Shown: positions 27,736 to 42,400, numbered from the stretch's first letter. The stretch: 63,837 nucleotides of DNA from Paraspadella gotoi (GCA_051294375.1 CM119265.1:4936114-4999950); one strand, 5' to 3'. Numbers and translations: made by a program. The notes: a model not told the origin generated them from the letters alone.

Positions 27736-28307
27736 TCATTGACCATTTCTGAGTTAAATGAATCAAACGTCCAACTTTCGCGGCGAAACCTTCAACCTTC
27801 GCTTTCGCTCGCTCGAACTCCCCCCCCCCTTCCTCAACTCGCCGCTCTCCGTCCTTGGTCGGAACAAAGAGGAACGGGGTCAGCCGCCCCCGCCTTGCAC
27901 GTTTGCCACGACTGGCAAGAAATGTGCCATTCGTTAATGCCAACCGGTGCCACTCTCGTAATTGCCGGGAACTGTCCGTCGATTCGGTCGGCGATTCGGC
28001 GAGGAGTTGGGGAGAATGTGTCGGGGAGGGTCGCGGGCGTCGTTGATAAACGGGTCAGGAGAATTCTTCATCCGCTTCTTCCAAATTGTTTGGGTCGGAA
28101 TTATAAAAAGGAGCGAATTTATGGACGAAATTCGTGAAGAATGGCGAAGAATAGTGTCGGTGAATGCGAAAAGGGTCGAGCAATGTGTCTCAGTCTCTCT
28201 TCGTCTCGTCTCTCTCTCTTCTCTCGGTTCTCCTTCATCTTCTCGCTCTCTCTTCTCTTCATCTCTCTCTCTCTCTTCTCTCTCTCTCTCACACACTATT
28301 CTCTTCT

Positions 28308-31110
28308 ATCGTAACCTCAACACGCAGTTCTGAAATTCCATTGGATTTCTTTGACTCAATAGCGACATACGAACGAAGCTTCCTTATTCCTCCTTTCTCC
28401 CTCCCTCTTCTTCTTTCCTCCCCTCTTCTTCCCCGTGCTCTCCCAATAAATGTTAAGTACCATCGACACCCGAATTTCTTGCTTCCCTTTTTCTCCGAAC
28501 GTCGACTTCAATTACCCACGACGCCATTGTCAGTTTCTGGAGATTTCGATCCGAATGTCCATTTGATGTCTGTTCCAGAAAATTCTGACTCGGCGCTCTT
28601 TCCTTTGATCGGCGCGGTTCGATTGAACGAGTGAAGCGACGTAATTAACTTATTTAGCATATACCACTCTAAGCGTTCGGGGATGTTTGAGTAAGGTTCA
28701 AATTATTATGTTTTCTATCTTTAAAATCCCTTAGTCCTTTACCTTTGACATTACTAAAGCTAAAAAAAAAAACCCCAAGATTAAATATTCACCAATAATA
28801 GTTTTAGGGCAACGCATGGATTACTTTAATAGTTTAATGACACTTCGTTTCAAACTCATTCAAGGAAGTTGCCTTCCCGCGAATCGCTCCGCTTCTCAGA
28901 AAATTCCTCTTCTTCAATTTCCTCGTTTAAAACAAACATACATTCAGCCGCAACTCGATTCCTTCATCTGACACGGTGCCCGCCCTTTCCTCCCATCTTT
29001 CCTCCTCTCCCTTTAAACTTTCTTCTCGCGCTGCCTTCGGCCTCTCGGCCCCTTCTTTAAACGACGAATCCCAATCATCGCTCTGGCTTCTTATCGATCT
29101 TTCTCTTTTCTTCTCTTCGTCGTCTTTCGCCTTTCCCTTCCTTTATCTTCTTCGCACTTTCCCTCTGTAGTCTTTCGCCTTTTCCTTTTATCCTCTTCGC
29201 TTTTCCCTCTGTCGTCTTTCGCCTTTCCCTCAGTAATTATCTAAGCCTTTCCTTTCAAACAAATTGGCGTTCCCTGTGTCAATCTTTGTGCGCCTTTCCT
29301 TTTTTTTTTATTGCATGATCCTTTCCCATGCTCTCTTTTCTGCCTTACTTTTCGTCGTCTTCGCGCTTTTCCATTCAGTGGTCTTCAGCCTTTCTTTTAT
29401 GTCGTCTTCGCTTCGATCACCTTTCTGTTTGTCGTCTTCCTCGTCTTTCCCTCCCTTCCTCATCGTCTTTCGCCATCGTCCTCATTCCACTTCGTCATTT
29501 CTTATTGCTTTTCACTTCGCATTATCTTATCACCTTTCACAGCGTAATATCATCGCTTTTTTTTTCCTTCCATTTGTTTTCTCTATCACTCCGCCATCAC
29601 TATTTTTTCACTGCTTCCCTTTTTCGATATTAAAATTCTCTAGCGCCTGGATCGTCGCTGCTCTCNNNNNNNNNNNNNNNNNNNNNNNNNTATCTCTCTA
29701 TCGTACCTCAAACACCAGTTCTGCAAATCCCCATTGATTTCCTTCTGACTCAATAAGCGATAAGAACGAAGCTTACCTTTCCTCCTTTCTCCCTCCTCTC
29801 TTTCTTCTTTCCTCCCTCTTCTTCCCCTTCCTCCTCCCCAATAAATGTTAAGTACCCATCGACCCCGAATTTCTTCTTCCCCTTTTCTCCGACTCGACTT
29901 CAATTACCCACGACGCCATTGTCAGTTCTGGAGATTCCGATCCGATGTCCATTTTGATGTCAGTTCCCGAAAATTCTGACTCGGCGCTCTTTTCCTTGAT
30001 CGGTCGCGGTTCGATTGAACGAGCGAAGCTGACGTAATTAATTTTTTTTTAGCAATACACTCGGGGGATGTTTGAGTAAGGTTCAAATTATTAGTTTTCT
30101 AGCTTTAAAATCCCTTAGTCTTTACATGATATACAAAGCTAAAAAAAAACCCAAAGATTAAAATCACCAAATAATATTTTAGCAACCATGGATTACTTTA
30201 TAAATATTCGTTTTTCCAAATCATTTCAGAAGTTGCCTTCCCGCGAACCTCTGCTCCCAGAAAACTCCTCTTCTTCCCGTTTCCTCGTTTAAAACCATAA
30301 TTCACCGCAAACTCGATCCTTCATTGACACGCCCCCCTTTCCTCCCACCTTTCCTCCTCTCCCTCTAACTTTTCGCGCCTGCCTTCTCGCCTCTCGCCCA
30401 TTCTTTAAACGACGAATCCCATCATCGCTCTGCTCCTCTTCATCGTCTTTCTCTTTTCTCTTCGTCGTCTTCGCCTTTCCCTTTATCTTCTTCGCCTTTC
30501 CCTCTGTAGTCTTCGCCTTTCCCTTTATCCTCTTCGCCTTTTCCTCTGTCGTCTTCGCCTTTCCCTCAGTAATTATCTAAGCCTTTCCTTTCCAAATAAA
30601 TCGGCGTTCCCTGTGTCATCTTTGTCGCCTTTCTTTTGTATTCATGGTCTTTCCATCTCTCTTTTCGACTTACTTTTCGTCGTCTTCGCCTTTCCATTCA
30701 TGGTCTTCNNNNNNNNNNNNNNNNNNNNNNNNNNNNNNNNNNNNNNNNNNNNNNNNNNNNNNNNNNNNNNNNNNNNNNNNNNNNNNNNNNNNNNNNNNNN
30801 NNNNNNNNNNNNNNNNNNNNNNNNNNNNNNNNNNNNNNNNNNNNNNNNNNNNNNNNNNNNNNNNNNNNNNNNNNNNNNNNNNNNNNNNNNNNNNNNNNNN
30901 NNNNNNNNNNNNNNNNNNNNNNNNNNNNNNNNNNNNNNNNNNNNNNNNNNNNNNNNNNNNNNNNNNNNNNNNNNNNNNNNNNNNNNNNNNNNNNNNCTTT
31001 CACAGCGTAATATCATCGTTTTTTTTCCTTCCATTGTTTTCTCTACACTCCGCCATTACTATTTTTCACTGCTTCCCTTTTTCGAATTAAATTCTCTCGC
31101 TGGATCGCCT
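28308..31110 (+). repeat. Tandem duplication of ~1.35 kb (28308-29660 and 29700-31110) separated by a 25-N gap
   Basis: Shared ttcaattacccacgacgccattgtcagtt, aattctgactcggcgctcttt, gtaattatctaagcctttcctttc and ctttcacagcgtaatatcatcg. Confidence 0.93.
30468..30567 (+). repeat. 21-bp minisatellite with alternating variants (tcttcgcctttccctttatct / tcttcgcctttccctctgtag); noisy copy at ~29120-29231
   Basis: About 5 units visible, with the tcttcgccttt core recurring every 21 nt. Confidence 0.85.
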
Positions 31111-32655
31111 CTCGGGTTTTCTTTCCTCCGAAATAATTTCAGTAATTGGAAGCCAGATGGCATTTTATTTTCAAGGCACTTTGCAAGGAAAAAAAAAAAA
31201 GAAAAGTGATTCTTCACTTCCGGCATTACGCGTCGATTGCGCCACCACGCGAGTCGGGCGCCATCTCTCGCCATTTCTCACGTGAACGCGAAAGAGGCGC
31301 TAAACCCGCGTGAGGGGAAAGAAGATCGATGAATGAAGAAGTCAGAGGGTGAAGACCGAGAGGCGACGAAGAGAGAAGACGATCCCGATGACTTCGCGGA
31401 CGCCAATGACGCGGAAGGCCGAAAAGAGAACGACGATGACGACGACGACGACGACCACGATGCAAAGATGTCCCCGTCTTTCTTCAAAAGAGTTCGACCT
31501 CGCGAGCGACGAATCGTCGTCATTTCGAATTCATGACGAACGACGACGACAACGAAATCTCGTCTCGTCGCTTCTCTCTCGTTTGCCAAAGCCACGCCCA
31601 CTTCCGGCCACTAACGCCCACTCGCCCATTTGCGTCTTTTTTTTTTTTTTTTGGACGGTGGATGGGCAGATGACCACGCTCACTCTGCCCCCTCGCCTGT
31701 GAACCGCGTCGCCCAAGAAATCGGTGAGGCTCCGATCAGAATCGTCACCTCGCGGGTTTCGCAAACAGTCATCGGTTTTGGTCGTCGAATGTCTACCTGA
31801 GAGAGGAGCGTCTCAAAAAGGAGATAGAAAAGAAAGAAGATAGAGAGAGAGAGAGAGAGAAGCCGAGGAAGGAAAACTGTTTTCGGCCGTTGAGTTTTTA
31901 TGTTCGCGCGACCAACGAGAAAAAAAAAAGTTTGGAAAAACATCGTGGATGAGGTCAAAGGTCGCGGGAAGAAAATCGTGGACGGTGTCGAAGGTCGGAG
32001 TGAACCGAAGCGGAAGTGAATGGATGGAATAAATAAAGAAAAAAAAAAAGGGGAATCCGTGAGAGAGGAGACGACGACGACCCCGACGACGACGGACGAC
32101 GACGACAGACGGGAAACGTATTGCGAGGAGAATGAAAAAGGCAGCAAGAAAAAAAGTCCATCGCATAAAAGAAGAGTGCAGGTACTTGGAAAATGAAGTC
32201 TGCGTGGAGGTTAACAGACTCCGGAGGTCGCGTTCGAATGAAGAGCGATTGCGGGGGGGGAGGAACTTAGACGATCGGGGCTGAGCGGGGGAACGGTAAT
32301 TTGGGGGAGAATGTAATAAGAACAAAAGAAGGGGGGGGGACCTGGGCAAATTTTGTACGGCTTCACGGACGCGGAACATTTTTCGAGCTTGCTTTTCAGA
32401 GTTGAAGACTGGATCTGTGGAGAAGGCTTTGTTTTTTAGGAATTAGCCGGAAGTGGAACGGGAAAGTGATAGTAGAGACGAACGTGAAAGGAAAGAGGAG
32501 GTGATAGAAACCTTTTTAATTAAGTCTCCGCTTTTTTATAGCGGCTCATGACACTCGCGCCTATGTCATTCTTCAGACGAAATGGGAGGTGATAAGGGAA
32601 GGAAAGAAAAGGAAAGTGAGATAGAGGAAAGAGGTAACGGAGAGAGAGAGAACGA

Positions 32656-32709
<54 letters not shown>

Positions 32710-34619
32710 CGTTTTTTCTTCCATCAGTCTCGCCCCTCGCCCCCTTGCCTTTCCTTTGTTTCTTTACGAGAAACGTTAATGTGGGATTATGAAAACAATA
32801 AAAATGTTCTTTAACGCGTTGGATCGTTAGAAGTTTGAAAGTTTATTCGAAGCACGTAGCACATAAGGATCGCTGCGCGTTTCCCTCGAGGCTCCAGCGG
32901 TCGCCCTAAGCCGCGGCACCACCCGTCAGCCTTATGCGGCAGCCCCATGGCAGCAGCCCATGCGGCAACCCCTATTTCTATCCCAGGCGGCAATCCTGGG
33001 CGACGGCCGCGTCGCAAGCTCAGCCGGCAGCTTCGACGCAAATGGTTCGCAATCAATCGACTCGAGCCAATTTCGCTTTTATCTCGGCCTCGGGATGAAA
33101 CTCCGTTTTATGATGCTACTACATGGCTACGGTGCTACAAAGAAACACTTTGCCAAAGTTTAAAGCGTCATTCCACGATACACGCCGGAGTCTGAGCGCG
33201 GGGAATGGCGTTTCTGATTTCAGACACTCCTATTCCTTGTCTTGTGTGTCACTTTTGGGACGCCCTACGTATCACTACTCGTCACGCCATCTGTCGTGTC
33301 ACCCCGTGTCTGTCGTATCACGTTGTGCCTCTCGTTTCGCGCTCCATCGCGAAAACGCGCGCTCATCTGAAACTCCGACGCGCGTGGGGGACTGTGACTT
33401 TCTCGTTGACGATAAAACGGCCGTTACCTCTGGCGCAGGTTAAAAAAAAAAAAAAAAAACAGAGCGTCTTGGCGCTGGGTCGACAACCCTGTTTCACTTA
33501 TAGGTCTCTCCACCATCCTATAACACACCGTTTCCAATTTTACAACTGTCGCCACCACATCTCTTTTGTTTCGTGTTTAAATGCACTTTTTAACGACCGC
33601 GTGCGGCAGCGGGAAAAAAAGGGCAAACATCGAGTTGTTTTCCTTTCCGTTGACAGGGGGCGCCTCGGTCTCCCGATTTAAAAAAAAAGGAAAAGTGTGG
33701 TGGTTAAAAAACAGAAGAGCAACGGGAGCAGACGGTTATCATCGACGTAAAACGTCTTCGGTTTATGGTTCCTTCGTGTAAGAATGAGAATAAAAAAAGA
33801 AAGAAAAAGAAAATTTGTAAGAGAAAAAAAAATCCGAAAGCGAGGGACCTTCGGTGCCCTTTTCCTTTTATCAGGCTCCGGCCCTCGGTTTCTGGCCGGA
33901 GAGACGAGCGGACAGGTGCTCGACAGGTGCCCGGGAAGGCGCCCGGCCGATCCGATGGTTCCGGTTGCTGGGAAAGGGAATTGATGATGATGGAAAAGAG
34001 GAGTTTGACCCGCGAGGTCAGACTCGATTTAAACGCGATCCCCACCGACGTGCCACCGACGACTCATTGTTCGACTCAGCGTCTTGAGCGGCTCTCCGGC
34101 GACCGGTACTGGGTTGGCTGCGCCCTCTGAGAATAGAATTATAAAAGAACATCGGTCTCATCGCGATAGTCTCAGCGGCCTCGGGAGACGCGTCTCAGCA
34201 GCGGCCGTCGTCGTGATAAAAAAGCAACCTGCTTCGAGATGTTATTATTATATTTTTTTCGTTAATATAGTAGTCGTTGTAGACGCCATCTGTCGTTAAT
34301 TTTATTTTTTAATATTTCACGCCTCTTCTTTTCTCTTGTCTCTAGAGAAAAAACGAAAGATACTTAAAACAAAAAAAGGCAGATTGATTAATAATTCGTA
34401 CCAAATATCCTTTTTTTTACTTTTTATACATTTTTCCATTTGTTTTTCCTTCATAATTGTATCCCTTTATGACTTGCAGTCTCCAGGTGTTAAGTTTTTT
34501 TTTACTCGCGACCTCGAGCCTAGATTTCTCTTGAGAGGTAAAGCGGAGATTGAGATTGAGAGAGGAGGAGGGGAGAGGAAAGAGAGAGAGAGAGAGAGGA
34601 GAGAGAGTGGAGAGAGAGA

Positions 34620-34670
<51 letters not shown>

Positions 34671-36499
34671 GTTAAATTATTCGCAAAATCAACATTAAAA
34701 TTTTATGCTTTAGATTGTTGCTTGGCGGAATGCCACTGACGACGCTGGGGGTGCCAGTCGTGATGGAGATGATTATGGTGGCATCATAACAAGGTTTAAG
34801 ATTGTGATGAGAAAAAAACGAAGATACGATAATGATAGAAATTATTAGAAAGGGTATCTATTCGTTGTTAATTATAACAACAAAGATAACTGAAATGATA
34901 ACCGAGATATTATCTCGAAGAGCCTGGCTTCTACGCAGTTGGCAGAAACGTTGTCGCGAGAAATACAATGTCATCAACGCGCCATGGAACTGCGGAAAGA
35001 CAAAGTTGGCTCCCAGCCATGTAGAAACTACCCGGGGGGAAAAAAATACCGCTGTTGGCCGAAGAAAATTATGAAAGTTCTAAAAAAAAAACAACCGATC
35101 CGTCAAAACAAAATGTAAACAAACTATAAACAAAAAATGTAAACAATTACCATTTGAGCGAGAGAGAACCCCGGCTTTCATCAAAGGCAAGCGATTCCAA
35201 GGCAGCGGCGCGCCGCGGATTCTCGACTTTAAAGGCTTTTAATTAAAATTCTTGCTTCTCCTTCTTTTTTTTTCTTTTCCCCCGCTTTCCCTCTTTTTTT
35301 TTTCCTTTCCCGCCTTTCTTCTTTTTCTTCAAAGGACGACGAATATTTCAATAAACTTTCTTTCGAGTTTTCCTTCTGCCTTTTCGGTTGGTGTTTACTT
35401 TGTAATTTTCTTCTCCCCCGGTCCCCCCCNNNNNNNNNNNNNNNNNNNNNNNNNNNNNNNNNNNNNNNNNNNNNNNNNNNNNNNNNNNNNNNNNNNNNNN
35501 NNNNNNNNNNNNNNNNNNNNNNNNNNNNNNNNNNNNNNNNNNNNNNNNNNNNNNNNNNNNNNNNNNNNNNNNNNNNNNNNNNNNNNNNNNNNNNNNNNNN
35601 NNNNNNNNNNNNNNNNNNNNNNNNNNNNNNNNNNNNNNNNNNNNNNNNNNNNNNNNNNNNNNNNNNNNNNNNNNNNNNNNNNNNNNNNNNNNNNNNNNNN
35701 NNNNNNNNNNNNNNNNNNNNNNNNNNNNNNNNNNNNNNNNNNNNNNNNNNNNNNNNNNNNNNNNNNNNNNNNNNNNNNNNNNNNNNNNNNNNNNNNNNNN
35801 NNNNNNNNNNNNNNNNNNNNNNNNNNNNNNNNNNNNNNNNNNNNNNNNNNNNNNNNNNNNNNNNNNCCCGCTTCAGCCCTTCCGACACAACCAGGCGGAT
35901 TTCCGGCAATTCCACCGGCCGTCTCCTTCGATGTCGTCGGCGCGCGAGATATGGAGGGCGCTGCCGCCGCCGCTGCTGCCGCCGCCGCCGCCGCCGACGC
36001 CTCCGCTGCCGGTCTTATCGAAACCTTCACGCCCAAACGATCGCCAAATTATGCAAATTTGTCGTCGGTTCCGGTCTCGCCGGTTTTTCTTCCGGAATTC
36101 TTTCGCGGTTTCGCCGTGGAGCCTTTAGGCCTTCTAAAGGTCTTTAGTCGTAATTTTTATACTTTTTTTTAATAATTGCGTCGCTTTTTTTAGATTTTGC
36201 AGTTTCTATCATTTCTCGTTTTAAATTTTTCTACAAAAAAAAACCTTGAACAAAGTCTTTAGAGCCTATTTTGTTTTTGAGACGAGCACTCCGCCTCGCG
36301 GTCGTTTCCGACGACTAATCGAGATAATAGAGATAACAGCGCCGCCTGTCGTAAAATAATCGTCCTTGAGACTCGAGAGGACAATCGAGCATCGAGGAGG
36401 CGGGACTATAAAAAAAAATCGTCCCACTAGCGCCGGGCTATGAGGCGCCGATCGAGCTCGTTCGTGGCGCCGCGTATGGCCTCGCGTATGGCGCCGCAT

Positions 36500-39400
36500 T
36501 CAGAGGCATTTCCCGCGCGCCGCGAATTTATATGAAATTTCGGTTATTGGGTCGAGGACGCGGAGTAGGAAAAGCCCGTCGTCGTCAACGACCTTCTCAA
36601 AATAGAAAAAGGAAGAGGAAGAAGAAGAAGAAATTGCGAAAACTGGATTTGACGTTCGTCGAAACGAGAGAGTTATTTACGACGACGACCTCCAACTCGA
36701 GAGTCGGAAACGTTTGTGATACGTCGTACTTTCGGAATCCCGGCCGGTGGCGCATTGGCCGCGGAAGACACGCCCATCTCCGTTTCTACTTCGCGAAAAA
36801 GAGTGATGACCCGAATTCCGCGGATTTTGTCTTCGGTGNNNNNNNNNNNNNNNNNNNNNNNNNNNNNNNNNNNNNNNNNNNNNNNNNNNNNNNNNNNNNN
36901 NNNNNNNNNNNNNNNNNNNNNNNNNNNNNNNNNNNNNNNNNNNNNNNNNNNNNNNNNNNNNNNNNNNNNNNNNNNNNNNNNNNNNNNNNNNNNNNNNNNN
37001 NNNNNNNNNNNNNNNNNNNNNNNNNNNNNNNNNNNNNNNNNNNNNNNNNNNNNNNNNNNNNNNNNNNNNNNNNNNNNNNNNNNNNNNNNNNNNNNNNNNN
37101 NNCTGCGTTTCTCGTCGTATGCGGCCCATTTCCCCCCACTCCTCTATCCCCTCTCATGCTCCCCCTCTCCCGTTGCTCCGTCGCGGCGGNNNNNNNNNNN
37201 NNNNNNNNNNNNNNNNNNNNNNNNNNNNNNNNNNNNNNNNNNNNNNNNNNNNNNNNNNNNNNNNNNNNNNNNNNNNNNNNNNNNNNNNNNNNNNNNNNNN
37301 NNNNNNNNNNNNNNNNNNNNNNNNNNNNNNNNNNNNNNNNNNNNNNNNNNNNNNNNNNNNNNNNNNNNNNNNNNNNNNNNNNNNNNNNNNNNNNNNNNNN
37401 NGGGGGCGGAAAGGCAACGTCACCCCGGATGGATGATCTGTTGCTTCTCCGCGCGGCGCTCGGGACGACCCACGCGAAAAACCGGAATGACGATCTCCCC
37501 CCCCCCTCTACCCTTTTCGGAGCGACATTAAAAAAAAGGGGAAAAAATGGCGGGAAAAATGGCGAGAAATGGACGAAACGCCGCGCTAAAGGCCATTAGG
37601 CGGCTGCTGACGACGCCGCCGCTGCCGCCGACGCCTCTGCTAATCCCCTCCAACGATTTCCGGTTTTTTTTTTGCTGCAGTCATTCTTTTCTTTCTAATT
37701 ATTTTCTTCGCGTCGCGAGTCACCTGTTGCCATGACAACGGCGTTATCAATTTCAACTATTTGTCTCACCAGTCGTCGACTTTATCTTCGTCGCTTATCG
37801 TCTTCTCGGATTGCAAGCTTCCATCTGCCGAACATTTTCTTAGGAATATATAAACTGGAGGATTTTAGGTAAAAGTGGGAAAAATAAAAAAAAGAAATGG
37901 AGGAAAACAGGAAGAAACCGACTGAAGAAAAAAATAGGGAAAACGGAAAGAGAAAAAAAAGAAGAAGTCTGAAGCAGTGAGAAATCGTTATTCCCCTCGA
38001 ACTTCATCCATCCTCTTTTTATTTTCCACTTCCGGTCGCCGGTTTCGCTTCCGGCGTCGTCATGACGACAACGAATTCATCTCCCAAGAAAAGAAGAAAA
38101 TAATCATTCATTCTCTTCGCTTGTCTCGGGGAGAGAGAGAGCGAGCGAAAAAAAAGGAAATCTCGCATTTATTCTCGTTTCTCTTTTTTACCTGTTGCCA
38201 TTCGCTTCGCCGTGAGCGTTGGCAATCCCGATGTCGTATGCCGATGCCATTCGCCTCGACAATCGGAATTGCCATTCGCGGTTTCCCTTTCGTAGTCAAT
38301 CGGGTCGTCTTTGTCATTATCGTTGAATTCGTTTCCATTTGACTGACAATGTTGTCATCTTAGTGTTAGCTTTATTTACATTGCTCCATCGTCACTACGC
38401 AATAGCAGTTAGTTTACCCCGCTTTGCTCCAACGTCGCGCCCACCCCAGGGCCACCCTTGTCCCCCCCCTGCAACCCACGTGTTGCGTCGCCCCTAATCT
38501 CATCAGGGGCGGGACGGCGCACGAGGCGGTTTTTGTGGCGCGATGAATGATGAGCGCATTTCCCGTTTGGGTGATCATACAGGCACGAAGGATGCGGAGT
38601 GCGAAAAGGGGTGGATCATGGTGGAAAATGGGAAGGCGTGCTGGAAAATGGGAGGGGTGCTGGAAACAGGTGGTAAAGTGGGAAGAGTGGAAGGAGCGAT
38701 GCGCGACAGTGGGATTAGACGCTTCCGGCCCGTTCCTTGCGAGAGGATAATGAGAAAAATGGAAGGGGGAGAAAGATAGAGAGAGAGAGGGGGCAGAGGG
38801 GGAGAGAGAGACTGAGAGACAGAATATGGAGTAAACAGTTAGAGAGTAGAGATGGGAGGAAGAGGGTCGAGTTTCCTTTCTTTTTGTGGGAAGGGCGGTG
38901 AAAAAAAAATGGGCGTGGTTGTCGCGATTTCGAGACGAGGCAGAACAAAAGACAAGCTTAGTTTTTTTTCGCGGCCTCTGTTGATTTTGGGGAAAGAAAA
39001 GGAAGAGGGAAGCCCAATTTAGAAGAAGAAAAAAATAAGGATAAGAACGACAAAAGAAAAAGGAGAAGTAAAGAGAAAAAAAAGAAAAACATAAAAAAGA
39101 AAAGAAATCGTAGGACGACGAACGACGTCGTCGATTTGAACGATTGCGAAGTTTGTTGAAGATGAAAGAAAAAAAGGATAAGATGAGATGAGATGAGGAG
39201 AGAAATGAGGTCATTTGGTCCCAAATGAAACTCGATTTCGATGGGAAACGAAAAAAAAAAACTAAGAACGAAGGAGCGCGAATGAGACTGTACGAATCGT
39301 CGAGCGGGTCACTGACCGATCTCCGTAACGCGATCACCATAAAACACACTAAAACGAATATGAAAAGAAAAAAATTGTGGGCATTTTTTAAAGGAGTTTT

Positions 39401-42400
39401 TTTCGTTGGAAAGAAAGAGTACACTCTGGTTTCGCACTAAGCGAAAAAGTCGAACGAATGACCTGTTGTAATGGACAAGATCCTGTAAGGGATAATCAGC
39501 ATAGAGAGAGGTCGCATGAGTACGAAAAAATTGAGAGTTAGTAATGACACGAAGAGAGAGGAGGGAGAGAGAAGACGCGAGGGAAAGAGGACGAGAGAAG
39601 AGAGGACCTAGTAGTGAGCGAGAAGGCCTGATCTAGAGAAAGAGGCGACTTTGAAGTACGTAGAGAGAAGAGTATTAGGAGGACTGGGAAGTATCGTTAT
39701 GAGTATGAGAATAATTGGCGTATCGCCTATTTTTTAGATATTCTGCAGGTTCTATAAACCTGAGGTATGAACATATTTGACTACTGTCTTTAATAAATGT
39801 TAATAATTTTGATCTGATTTATGATTACGCAAGAATAAAATGATCAACATATGAGACAACTAATGTTGAAACCTTGAACGAGAAGTCTTTAGAAGCACAC
39901 ACTTGTGTTAATTGATCGAAGTGGAATGAGAGCACCGAGATAGATTCCGCGATGATGGAGTCGGATGATTTTACATCGATGGAGGACGGCATATAATCTC
40001 GAATAATATTTAGGAGATTCAGATTTACGACGCAGCTCTGATCGACGAAACAACGCAACCGTGCCGCCTGTCGTAGAGATTAATCGGAGCCGCGCATTGA
40101 CAAGTAAAGACAGACGACACCAGGAAGAAAATACGCGACTGTCTATCGAGGCAGCGGAGTAAATATTCGGAGGATAAATTAAACCGAAATCGTACGTGAA
40201 TCTCCAAGTTAACCCGGTTTACCTGTATCGGGCCGTCGGTTCGTCGTCTGAGTCGAGTGCTCGTATCCGCGCGGGGTCTTGACGTCAATATTCGTTCAGT
40301 AGCTATAATCGCGTCACGCGTTATTGTGACGCGACATCCGTTCGGGTCGTAATCAAATCATGTAATTGTGTCAATGGTGGTCGTTACGCGTATTTCGTGG
40401 CGCATTCAGCCAGCTAATCAATCGAGCGTCAGTGGCGCCGTCGTTGTCAGACGTAACCATGGCGCCTGGAGCATCGTCATCAAGGAAGGTCGCGATTTTC
40501 CCCGCACTTGCGCCCGGGCGAATTTATATGAGATAGTGAATTTCGGTTATTGGGTCGAACGGACGCGGAGTTGGAAAGCCCGTCCCGCGGTCGATCGTCA
40601 AAAACGAACCCTTCTCAAAATAAAAAGGAAGAGGAAGAAGAAGAAGAATTGCAAAATACTGGATTTGACGGGGTCGTCGAACAGAAGAGTTATTACGGAC
40701 GACGACCTCCGTAAGCGCACCATCTGTATTCGTCATTGTGCTTTTTTTAGTATTTTTTTGTCGATCATGGTGTTTAATAAGCAATGACAATCGGTGTACA
40801 CAGACGTGTTCTGAGTAATTCGTCATGCGATCATGTCCGTAACCTGTTTACGTTCGGTAGAATACTACTTAGGCCTATGGCACAGTTATGTTGCATTGTC
40901 GTAAATGGTCGTGCGCCATCCAGTCGCCATTGTCGGTTATATCGGAAAGTTTATAGTGGGTGAAAAACCATTGTAGTTATCGAGTGGGCTCCACATTTTT
41001 GATGGCAAGTCCCATCGTAATTCGGTGTAATCGGATCGTCATCTGTTATCCCATCGTCAATATTGTCATCAACTCGTGTCGTCGTGTTGTATCCGTCGCT
41101 CGATTCATTACTATGTTCATTCAGTTGAGGTAAGCCGTATCCTTACGTCGGTCGGTCGGTCCCGTCGTTTACGATATCCGCGTCTGTTATCTCGTCGCGT
41201 CGCTAAGTCACCGTCCAACGTCAGGAGTTAGAAGAACGGCGAGGCGCCGCGGACGTGAAATAGAAATAAGAATGAAACCCGCGCGGTGGATGTATTAAAA
41301 CTTGGATGATCGTAGGAAAAAAAGCGGCGATGGAATCGAAAAGTAGAGACGGATGAATAGCGACCTGGAGGTATCGTATTAAGAGTCAATGATCGCTGTA
41401 GAATATCACACGCGCGGCGATATGAGTTGTAGATATACGTCTTCGGTGGTAGGTTGTGTGAGTTCTGGAGATTAAAAAGCAGGATGAGGTAGTAACAAAA
41501 TACAAAGGGCGCGATGGATGTAGCGAGAACGTGGGTGAGACGGTCATCGGTAGGAGAGAAGCAACGAGAAGATGAAGAGAGGAGAGAGAGACGGAGGTAT
41601 GAGAAAGTGATAGATTGAGAGAAGAAGGAGCGAGATGAAGTGATGAAGAGAGAAGAGGAGGCGAGGAGAAGAGTAAGGATAAGAAAGATAAAGTAAGTGA
41701 GTTATACTTGCGATTCAACGTGCTACGTCTCGGAAAGTATCACGATAAAGGACTGCCGAGGGATACACGACCGCTTAATAAAGGAGTAAAATGAAAGCGT
41801 TGTTCGTGTGGCGTACGGTATCTGTCAAATCTGCGAGAGTTCTCATTTGGCTCAGAAGAAATAGATCGAGTCTCGATGATGTACAGAGGATGGATGAAAA
41901 AAAGTTATGCGATGATGGTAGAAAGGCGGTCGTGAGCTACCATGTCAACATAGTCTCTCTCGCGGATCATGAATGTACTAGAAACACAAGGGGCAAGATC
42001 CAGACACACAGCGTCTAGATCTCATCTATAAGGATATCATGTCAAGGTACAAATGTCACTCGCGCGATTCTCTCGACATCTCAAGTCGTCATCCAAACAA
42101 TATGTCTATGCGGTCGACTGACGACCGCAGGGGACAACGATGACGTAAAGGAACGTGCACGAGCCGACGCAACAGAAAGGAATGACGGAAATTAAAGATG
42201 TGTAATGACAAAGGAAGGGCGTCGAATAAACCGCACCTGAACGGACAAGGATAACAAGGAGATGTGACAAAGGGATGGACGAGAGACGGTCCGGTTGACG
42301 AGAGCAGAAGTTGACGTCAAGGCTGACATGAAAAGAAAAAATGAAAAGTGGGGAAAAAAGTTTTAGCGTGCAAGAATGTTCAAAAAATAAAAATTAGAAT

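Noticed and set aside
28308-31110. Tandem duplications as genuine segmental duplications or LTR pairs
   Set aside because: They abut 25-N gaps, differ mainly by indels, and lack TG...CA ends, PBS/PPT or internal retroelement ORFs. Assembly artefact is more parsimonious.
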